IMG/VR virus record: IMGVR_UViG_3300015195_000004
Location: 65,050-88,709 of that record
Origin: a virus
Length of the DNA stretch: 23,660 nt
Strand: one strand, 5' to 3'
Of this stretch, positions 1 through 5,704 are shown in pieces. Position 1 is the first letter of the stretch. Every line of letters begins with the position of its first letter. A model generated the notes under the pieces. It was not told where the DNA came from, did no database searches, and saw nothing but the letters and a program-made list of their open reading frames with translations. Both the position numbers and the translations under genes were made by a program.

Positions 1-133
1 GTATAAGTAAGGTGCCGGAATCTGTAATAGTATATTCTATGCCTTTATTTAATTCCCTACGTCTGATTAATCCATTTTGCAGCAATACTTTAATATGCTC
101 TTTGATTAAAGATATAATAGCAAAATTCGGCAT
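1..133 (-). CDS. Winged helix-turn-helix fragment; runs off the window; possibly the frameshifted continuation of 90..260
   Basis: Manual translation from ATG 133: MPNFAIISLIKEHIKVLLQNGLIRRRELNKGIEYTITDSGTLLI. Matches the wHTH pattern LxxxGLI...Y.IT..G. Confidence 0.5.
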   Translation of the reverse strand, partial: MPNFAIISLIKEHIKVLLQNGLIRRRELNKGIEYTITDSGTLLI

Positions 134-260
134 TTTTAGGATCAAGTCCTAAAGCTTCTATAATATAAGAGTATAGGGATTTATTAACTCCTAATGCCTC
201 GGCAGAGTGTATAGCCATAAGGGTGTTGGTGTGATTAATCTCATCATAGTTTATTGTCAT
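90..260 (-). CDS. Hypothetical protein (56 aa), possibly the N-terminal half of a wHTH protein
   Basis: ATG 260 overlaps the upstream TAA (TAATG coupling). Manual translation MTINYDEINHTNTLMAIHSAEALGVNKSLYSYIIEALGLDPKNAEFCYYIFNQRAY. Confidence 0.5.
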   Translation of the reverse strand: MTINYDEINHTNTLMAIHSAEALGVNKSLYSYIIEALGLDPKNAEFCYYIFNQRAY

Positions 261-667
261 TAAAAAAGCTCAGGATGTGTAATTATGAATTTGGCGACTA
301 CAGCATGAAGATTTCCGGCATTGACTAGCCATGAGGACTTTAAGTTATTTGCAGCATCATCACGTAAGGACTCTTCCTCTACTGTGAAGCCGTATTCTGA
401 AGGTTCGGAAGTAAATGCTGTAGGTTCGTTATTAGATACAGTACAGTGAGAATGACTAAAAGGCTTAAATATGGTGCCCCGATCTAGGGGGTTAATAGGT
501 GAGGCTAGTTCATCCTTTGTCCAATACTCTCCTGTGTTATCAAGGCCTTCCATACGAAACCATTCTCCATGATTATCTCCTGGGGGCTCCTCAATAGTGG
601 AAATTATTTGAACCGTTCCTTCATAAGGTGATTTTAGAATCTTTACTTTATCCCCTACTTTAAACAC
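260..667 (-). CDS. Hypothetical phage protein with N-terminal SH3/KOW-like motif
   Basis: ORF track 260..682. A more likely start is GTG 667, giving MFKVGDKVKI, a common phage small beta-barrel start that overlaps the upstream stop. Confidence 0.7.
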   Translation of the reverse strand: MFKVGDKVKILKSPYEGTVQIISTIEEPPGDNHGEWFRMEGLDNTGEYWTKDELASPINPLDRGTIFKPFSHSHCTVSNNEPTAFTSEPSEYGFTVEEESLRDDAANNLKSSWLVNAGNLHAVVAKFIITHPELF

Positions 668-851
668 GATACAAATCCTCATGAGATTGAAATTTCTTTT
701 TAACTGTGGTAATTGCCTCTTCTAGGTCAACTTTTAGTATGCCACCATACCCAGCATCCCAAGACTGAAGCAACCTTAATGCTCCAGCAAAAGTAGTTAA
801 ATCGGGAACAGCATTTCCACTAAATGCTCCAAAGTCTTCAGGTAGGTTCAT
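660..851 (-). CDS. Hypothetical protein (63 aa)
   Basis: ORF track 660..881. Start moved to ATG 851, which follows AAAGGGG and lies downstream of the minus-strand promoter. Confidence 0.7.
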   Translation of the reverse strand: MNLPEDFGAFSGNAVPDLTTFAGALRLLQSWDAGYGGILKVDLEEAITTVKKKFQSHEDLYRV

Positions 852-871
852 ACAGTACCCCTTTCTTATAT

Positions 872-900
872 AATATAACATAAGGAATTCAATAAGTCAA
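872..900 (-). promoter_or_regulatory. Sigma70-like promoter (leftward)
   Basis: TTGACT(900-895)-N17-TATATT(877-872), with extended -10 TG. Confidence 0.75.
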
Positions 901-943
901 GTGGGGAGATTTGTAAAGTTTTTAGAAATGTTGCCAAAACCCC

Positions 944-972
944 TTGACAGGCTATTTTGACTATGGTACATT
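944..972 (+). promoter_or_regulatory. Sigma70-like promoter driving the putative ncRNA
   Basis: TTGACA(944-949)-N17-TACATT(967-972), with extended TG. No credible + strand ORF follows. Confidence 0.75.
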
Positions 973-976
973 GCTT

Positions 977-1350
977 GGGATTCTTGTTATGTTAATACAT
1001 AGGGAAGTCTGAGAGACAAAAGTCTCATAGGTTTGCAAGGATTAGGCGAAAGACGAAACTCAGCCAGGCTCATACGGCTCACTGAGACTACCCCGGCAGC
1101 TAGGAATAAACCTAGTACCCCAAAATCCGGTCTACTTAGGTAGGTTGAGGAAGGATTAGGGAGCCTGTAATTACCCATAGAAAGATTGGGACGGGCGGGG
1201 GCAACAGGATAGGGAATTTACCGGCCCTATTCCTTAAGGGAAGGCTCTGCCCAAAATCTAAACCCTCAGCGGTCTACTGAGATGTGAATGAGGTCCGCGA
1301 TGGCCGAATTAAGTTCCTTCTAGTCCGAAGGACAGTTTCTTAAGAATCTC
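977..1350 (+). ncRNA. Putative large structured non-coding RNA (~374 nt), family unknown
   Basis: Begins at the predicted TSS. 5' GGGATTCTTG (977-986) pairs with TAAGAATCTC (1341-1350), followed by a T-rich tail. Many internal stems. Visibly more GC-rich than flanking DNA. No plausible ORF on this strand. Confidence 0.6.
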
Positions 1351-1476
1351 TTTCTGTCTTGTTTTAGGTAAGTGATTAAACATTCTTACTAGGTTTTGGT
1401 GATTTAGTGCCTCCAGATCGTTCATAGAGGTTTCTAAGGGTTCTAGTTCATCATAAGGCCAGCCAGTAGTACTCAT
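1309..1476 (-). CDS. Microprotein (55 aa)
   Basis: Manual translation MSTTGWPYDELEPLETSMNDLEALNHQNLVRMFNHLPKTRQKEILKKLSFGLEGT. ATGA overlap with the upstream ORF. Confidence 0.55.
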   Translation of the reverse strand: MSTTGWPYDELEPLETSMNDLEALNHQNLVRMFNHLPKTRQKEILKKLSFGLEGT

Positions 1477-1616
1477 TTCTTTACCTTAATCTTTCCTTTA
1501 TGTATTATTATTTTACTGCTATATGTAGTTAATGCCATCGGGGCATTATATGTAGCATATACTCCATAATTAGGTATAGGGGATACAATTGGTAAGGGTG
1601 TAGGAGGGAGCGGCAT
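1473..1616 (-). CDS. Microprotein (47 aa; Pro-rich N-terminus, basic C-terminus)
   Basis: Manual translation MPLPPTPLPIVSPIPNYGVYATYNAPMALTTYSSKIIIHKGKIKVKK. TAA-T-ATG junction upstream, ATGA overlap downstream. Confidence 0.5.
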   Translation of the reverse strand: MPLPPTPLPIVSPIPNYGVYATYNAPMALTTYSSKIIIHKGKIKVKK

Positions 1617-1617
1617 A

Positions 1618-1698
1618 TTATTTATATGTCTTTCTGATAAATGCCCGGATTTTGGCTATATAAGCATTCCATTCTGCTAGATTAGTAATCGGTTCCAT
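1618..1698 (-). CDS. Microprotein (26 aa, amphipathic helix)
   Basis: Manual translation MEPITNLAEWNAYIAKIRAFIRKTYK. TAA-T-ATG junctions on both sides. Confidence 0.5.
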   Translation of the reverse strand: MEPITNLAEWNAYIAKIRAFIRKTYK

Positions 1699-1699
1699 A

Positions 1700-1849
1700 T
1701 TACCCTACCTTATTGCCGCAGGAAGTACACCTGGCCGTGCTTGTGTCCTTGCCTGCAAGTAAGTTCCCCAGACGCCTGCCTAGTCCATATACTGTGTCCT
1801 GGTACTCATTTTTACATGAGCAGGAGATGATTTTTGTTCCTTGAGACAC
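1700..1849 (-). CDS. Small zinc-ribbon-like protein (49 aa)
   Basis: GTG start. MSQGTKIISCSCKNEYQDTVYGLGRRLGNLLAGKDTSTARCTSCGNKVG has CxC...CxxCG. First gene after promoter 1913-1941. Confidence 0.7.
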   Translation of the reverse strand: MSQGTKIISCSCKNEYQDTVYGLGRRLGNLLAGKDTSTARCTSCGNKVG

Positions 1850-1912
1850 GTTGGTTAACTCTCTTTCTGGTGGTTATTAATCCACTGTTTTCTTAGATTT
1901 AGTGTTTATCTT

Positions 1913-1941
1913 ATCTTACCTGAATAAACTATAAAAGTCAA
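1913..1941 (-). promoter_or_regulatory. Sigma70-like promoter (leftward; microprotein operon)
   Basis: TTGACT(1941-1936)-N17-TAAGAT(1918-1913). Confidence 0.65.
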
Positions 1942-1953
1942 GCAGTTCTTTGT

Positions 1954-1982
1954 TTGACAGAGTGTAAAATCTGTGATACTAT
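1954..1982 (+). promoter_or_regulatory. Sigma70-like promoter (rightward; start of the replication region)
   Basis: TTGACA(1954-1959)-N17-TACTAT(1977-1982), with extended TG. ATG at 1990 suggests a leaderless mRNA. Confidence 0.75.
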
Positions 1983-1989
1983 GAAGACT

Positions 1990-2190
1990 ATGGTTGATTC
2001 AAAAGGTAGAACAGTAGAGCAATTAAATAAGATTGCAGCATCTAAAGTAATGGCCGACACTTTGGAATTCTGGAGTCCTTTTCAGTTTCTTAGTAAGCCC
2101 TCACCTAGGCCAAAGAAGTATCCTAAAGACTTTACAAAACTATTAAATGAAGAACTTAGTGACGGAAGTTTGAATCATAATGATATTTGA
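1990..2190 (+). CDS. Hypothetical protein
   Basis: ORF track 1954..2190. The TTG at 1954 is the promoter -35 box, so ATG 1990 is preferred. Confidence 0.65.
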   Translation: MVDSKGRTVEQLNKIAASKVMADTLEFWSPFQFLSKPSPRPKKYPKDFTKLLNEELSDGSLNHNDI

Positions 2191-2416
2191 ACTTAGATTC
2201 CTACAGGGTGATGTTGATATACAGACTTTCTCCACACTAGATTTAGCTGAAAAAGAACTGCCTCTTAGGTATCTTATTAGGTCTAAGGTTATGATGCCTC
2301 TAATTGTTGAGCCGTTCCAAAAATGGACAGGTACATTTCTTTATACGAAGAAGAATGAACCTTTTGCGACAATTACTGAAGTAAAAGAAAAGATTGACAA
2401 AACCAAAAAGGTATGA
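2180..2416 (+). CDS. Hypothetical protein
   Basis: 78-aa ORF overlapping the previous gene; operon context. Confidence 0.65.
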   Translation: MIFELRFLQGDVDIQTFSTLDLAEKELPLRYLIRSKVMMPLIVEPFQKWTGTFLYTKKNEPFATITEVKEKIDKTKKV

Positions 2417-2422
2417 GATACT
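2394..2422 (+). promoter_or_regulatory. Sigma70-like promoter
   Basis: TTGACA(2394-2399)-N17-GATACT(2417-2422), with TG. Confidence 0.6.
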
Positions 2423-2453
2423 ACCCTCCACACTCGTTAAAAGGATAATTTAA

Positions 2454-2726
2454 ATGATCATTAAAACCGAAAATGCTTCGCATAAACATGTGAAAAGTAT
2501 CACTCTTCAGGACCTTGTAGATTATGCTTATGAACAAAAACTTGATCCTAGAGATGTACACATAATGTACCAAAGTACGGCCCACGAATCACGAACTTTT
2601 TTTGAGCCTTCACATGTGGACATAGTTTCTTCAACAAATAAGCATCATACGATGTATATTAATTGTTCTGATAGAATGATACTGCGAAAAAATGCTGGTC
2701 GTCCTTTAATTGGAGTTAAGTGGTAG
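2454..2726 (+). CDS. Hypothetical protein
   Basis: 90-aa ORF preceded by SD-like AAAGGA. Confidence 0.7.
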   Translation: MIIKTENASHKHVKSITLQDLVDYAYEQKLDPRDVHIMYQSTAHESRTFFEPSHVDIVSSTNKHHTMYINCSDRMILRKNAGRPLIGVKW

Positions 2727-2921
2727 ATGATGTTAAAAAAAGGCGATTTAGTTAAGTTCCATCATGATTCACCCCTTAGAGGGTTCTTTGGGAATGAAAA
2801 TTCAGCCTTTAAAGTTATGTATGCAGAAGATGAGATAGTTTGTATAAATACTATTGATCCTGATACGTTAAGAGGACAGTATAGAGAACTTCCTGCAAAT
2901 AATTTTCTGAAAGTTGTGTAG
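2727..2921 (+). CDS. Hypothetical small SH3/KOW-like protein
   Basis: Starts LKKGDLVKF; abuts the previous stop (TAG-ATG). Confidence 0.7.
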   Translation: MMLKKGDLVKFHHDSPLRGFFGNENSAFKVMYAEDEIVCINTIDPDTLRGQYRELPANNFLKVV

Positions 2922-3071
2922 ATGAAGCCTACAAATTATTTGCATAAAGATTGGCTTGTGTTAAGTCGTGCGTGTTATGATTTTATTAAACAGGTAACTA
3001 AAATATACCACGCACGAAACTGGGCTGATGGGCTAGTAACCAGACTAAATCTAACGATTATAGATGATTAG
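2922..3071 (+). CDS. Hypothetical protein (49 aa)
   Basis: Not in the ORF track. MKPTNYLHKDWLVLSRACYDFIKQVTKIYHARNWADGLVTRLNLTIIDD; TAG-ATG junction, fills the gap before the HNH gene. Confidence 0.55.
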   Translation: MKPTNYLHKDWLVLSRACYDFIKQVTKIYHARNWADGLVTRLNLTIIDD

Positions 3072-3083
3072 GATATACAATAA

Positions 3084-3557
3084 ATGAATGTCCGTTCTCC
3101 CGAAGAAAGGTTCTGGGAAAAGGTAAATATTCCTGATGACAGGAATCTTTGTTGGCTCTGGACAGCGTGTGTAAATCCTGCTGGATATGGAGTTTTTGCA
3201 TTAAGTAGGACCAAGCAAACAATTGCTAGTCGATATTCTTATTTATTAAATACAGGCTCAATTCCTAAAGATATGTTTATATTACATAAATGTGATAATC
3301 CTCCATGCGTAAACCCAGAACACCTGTTCGTGGGTACTCAAAAAGACAATATGATGGATAAGGTTAATAAAGGAAGAGGCACTAAAGGAGAACAAGTTGG
3401 CTCTTCTAAACTGTTAGAAAAGGAAGTTTTAGAAATAAAAAATAGTTTTAAGGATAATCCTGTATTCGGGGCTCAAATAAAATTAGCCAGGACGTATAAA
3501 GTAGACGTTAAGACAATCCAAAGAATACTAACTAACCAGATATGGAAGCATGTGTAA
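3084..3557 (+). CDS. HNH homing endonuclease (HNH_3 type) with C-terminal HTH
   Basis: RFWEKV...CWLWT...GYG...LHKCDNPPCVNPEHLFVGTQKDN; C-terminal KLARTYKVDVKTIQRI...WKHV. Confidence 0.92.
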   Translation: MNVRSPEERFWEKVNIPDDRNLCWLWTACVNPAGYGVFALSRTKQTIASRYSYLLNTGSIPKDMFILHKCDNPPCVNPEHLFVGTQKDNMMDKVNKGRGTKGEQVGSSKLLEKEVLEIKNSFKDNPVFGAQIKLARTYKVDVKTIQRILTNQIWKHV

Positions 3558-5429
3558 GTGATGAATGTAAGAAGTAGTTTAATATCTTGGGGATTAATTC
3601 CTGCCCACCAGACCCCAAACTCTTCAGGAGAATTCATCCTGCAGTGTCCCGAATGTAAGCATGATCCGGCAAAGTGCTTCGTTAACGGCGGAGGAAAAGG
3701 AATTTCCTGTAAGCACTGCTCTTACAGCCCTTCATGGAGGAAATTTGCATTAAGGTATCAGCCCCCAAGCAAAGAAGACGAAGCATTAGAAACATTTGTT
3801 AAGGCGTGTGAAGAGAGATTGCTTCAAGATCACGAACTTATTGCATACTTAACAGAACGAGGGCTTACCAAAGATACTATTAAATCACAACGCTTAGGTT
3901 ATTGCGACCCTAGGATGTATAAAGCTTCTGAGATTGATGTTAAGGTTCATTTGGCTTACGAAGATTCGTTCTCTTGGGAACTAGAGAATAGGATCACAAT
4001 TCCATACACAGAAGATTCAATAGTTCTCACAGTCAGAGGAAAATCATATCCTGATCTTGAGGCAAAGCCCAAATATAAATCCCTTAAGGGCAGCAAATCC
4101 TTACCTTATATTCCTTCAAAACTTGATACTGATTTACCAGTTATACTTGTTGAAGGGGAACTTGATTCTATCATTCTTCGTCAAAACGGGATACAAGCTA
4201 TAGGCATTCCTGGAGCAGGGAACTTTAAACCTGACTGGACCTCTCATCTGAAGCATTTATATATTGCCTTTGACGGCGACGAAGCGGGCCAAAAGGGTGC
4301 AGACAAAGTAATTAAGCAGATTCTTGAGATTCGCCGCATTGATCTTCCTGAAGGTTACGATGTTGGAGAGTATATCTCTACATTCGGAGTAGAGTCTTTT
4401 AAATCACTAATTGATAAATCCGTTTTTTACCTTCAAGGTAAACCGCAGACTGATGACAAACTCTCTTCTTTAGTTGATGCATTCTTGGATTGGGCTTGGA
4501 GCAACCACGGCACAATCGGTCCTAAAATCCTATGGGCTCCGAGGCTTAATGAGGTATTTTCCGGTTGGTCTCCTGGGCTGTACCTATTAGGTGCAAGAGA
4601 ATCATTTGGGAAGACTAAGCTTTTAACTAAAGCTATTTATGCAGCAGCAGCAGAGAATCCAGAAGACACAATAGCAGTCTATGTTTCTCTAGATGACCCT
4701 CTTCACTCATCATTAGCAGGATTCATTGCCCTTCATACCCAAATAGATATTAATGATGTTAGAAGTCCTAGGAATAAACTAGAACATGACACTATTAAAC
4801 TAGCAAATTACCTAGAATTTGTTGAGACCTTTAAACACATGAAGAACCTTATTGTACGGGATGGCTCACATGGAAAAAGGATTAGCACATTAAAGTACTT
4901 CTTAAAATCCCTTAGGGCAAAGTACCCAGACAAGAAAATCGTCTGTGCAGTAGATAGTTTATCCAAATTAGTCCCAGATAGGGAGAAGGATGAGCAGCAT
5001 TTTGATGCCGCCTCTATGGGGAATGTAAAGGCTTACCTTGCCACTTCCGTTAAGGATATGGCAGTCAGGTACGAAATAGCTCTAATCTCTCCCACAGACC
5101 TCAGAAAGACCCTTCCTGGCGTACCTCCTACTATTGCCGACCTATCAGGCGCAGCAGAGTTAGGTTATGAGGCTGATGTAGTGATGATCCTGGATAATGA
5201 AATGCAGACGGTAGGCAGTACAAGCAAGCTAACCTGGATGGATGAAGAGAATGGGAATAAACTAGAGCCTATTATTGAACTTAGGGTTCCGAAGAATAAG
5301 ATAACCGGGTCAGACAGGCAACATCTAATGTTTAAACTACTTTCTAGGCAATCTGATTTACAGGAACTAAGTCTAGAAGAGCAGCGTTATTATGAATCAT
5401 TAAAATATAGTAGTGAAAACTCTCATTAA
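3558..5429 (+). CDS. DNA primase-helicase (Zn finger + TOPRIM + DnaB-like SF4 helicase)
   Basis: CPEC...CKHC; YLTERGL; VEGELD; AFDGDEAG; Walker A GARESFGKT; Walker B AVDSL; DLSGAAELGYEADVV; KNK. Confidence 0.92.
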   Translation: MMNVRSSLISWGLIPAHQTPNSSGEFILQCPECKHDPAKCFVNGGGKGISCKHCSYSPSWRKFALRYQPPSKEDEALETFVKACEERLLQDHELIAYLTERGLTKDTIKSQRLGYCDPRMYKASEIDVKVHLAYEDSFSWELENRITIPYTEDSIVLTVRGKSYPDLEAKPKYKSLKGSKSLPYIPSKLDTDLPVILVEGELDSIILRQNGIQAIGIPGAGNFKPDWTSHLKHLYIAFDGDEAGQKGADKVIKQILEIRRIDLPEGYDVGEYISTFGVESFKSLIDKSVFYLQGKPQTDDKLSSLVDAFLDWAWSNHGTIGPKILWAPRLNEVFSGWSPGLYLLGARESFGKTKLLTKAIYAAAAENPEDTIAVYVSLDDPLHSSLAGFIALHTQIDINDVRSPRNKLEHDTIKLANYLEFVETFKHMKNLIVRDGSHGKRISTLKYFLKSLRAKYPDKKIVCAVDSLSKLVPDREKDEQHFDAASMGNVKAYLATSVKDMAVRYEIALISPTDLRKTLPGVPPTIADLSGAAELGYEADVVMILDNEMQTVGSTSKLTWMDEENGNKLEPIIELRVPKNKITGSDRQHLMFKLLSRQSDLQELSLEEQRYYESLKYSSENSH

Positions 5430-5433
5430 GGTG

Positions 5434-5462
5434 TTGACAACCTCTTTAGAATGTGATAGTAT
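5434..5462 (+). promoter_or_regulatory. Sigma70-like promoter
   Basis: TTGACA(5434-5439)-N17-TAGTAT(5457-5462), with TG. ATG at 5472. Confidence 0.75.
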
Positions 5463-5471
5463 AGTAAGACT

Positions 5472-5630
5472 ATGAACGATTTTACTGTTGAAACCTCTGA
5501 TATTGGTACTTACTTAAAGTTTTCAGATGAAGCTATAGTTAAAACAAAGTCAGTTGAAACCCCTGCTCCTGTACAAATTAATGTAGATTATGATAATTTT
5601 GGCAATTTGGTAGGAATTGAGATTGTTTAA
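5472..5630 (+). CDS. DUF2283-like small protein (52 aa)
   Basis: Not in the ORF track. MNDFTVETSDIGTYLKFSDEAIVKTKSVETPAPVQINVDYDNFGNLVGIEIV; the YLKF...VDYD..GNLVGIEI pattern fits DUF2283. Confidence 0.75.
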   Translation: MNDFTVETSDIGTYLKFSDEAIVKTKSVETPAPVQINVDYDNFGNLVGIEIV

Positions 5631-5704
5631 TGAGTAAAGGTCAAATATTTCTAGTAGCGTTTTCTTTAGGTATATTAACTGCCTTATTCTGTGTGTCTTT
5701 ATGA
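5630..5704 (+). CDS. Hydrophobic micropeptide (24 aa, single TM)
   Basis: MSKGQIFLVAFSLGILTALFCVSL; TAATG overlap upstream and ATGA overlap downstream. Confidence 0.5.
   Translation: MSKGQIFLVAFSLGILTALFCVSL

Noticed and set aside
1009-1058. Hammerhead ribozyme (CTGAGA...CGAAA)
   Set aside because: Core is not CUGANGA, the candidate stem II is not followed by GAAA, and stems I and III cannot be built.
987-1178. 63-aa minus-strand ORF in the track
   Set aside because: Antisense to the promoter-driven structured region, not coupled to the microprotein chain (which ends at 1309), and no recognisable motif; probably spurious.
1067-1230. Group II intron domain V/VI (GAGCCGTATGAG on minus strand; GAGCC...CCCTAT on plus) or group I P7 (GACTA/TAGTC)
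   Set aside because: No complementary DV 3' arm, no GUGYG 5' end, no ordered P/Q/R/S elements and no interrupted gene.
977-1350. Assignment as tmRNA, SRP RNA, 6S RNA or canonical RNase P RNA
   Set aside because: No T-arm/CCA end, no SRP GGAA-AGCAG helix, too long and branched for 6S, and no canonical GAGGAAAGUCC or ACAnAAnnnnGCUUA.
1954-1989. TTG starts at 1954 and, likewise, 14654
   Set aside because: These TTGs belong to TTGACA -35 boxes; downstream ATGs fit better.
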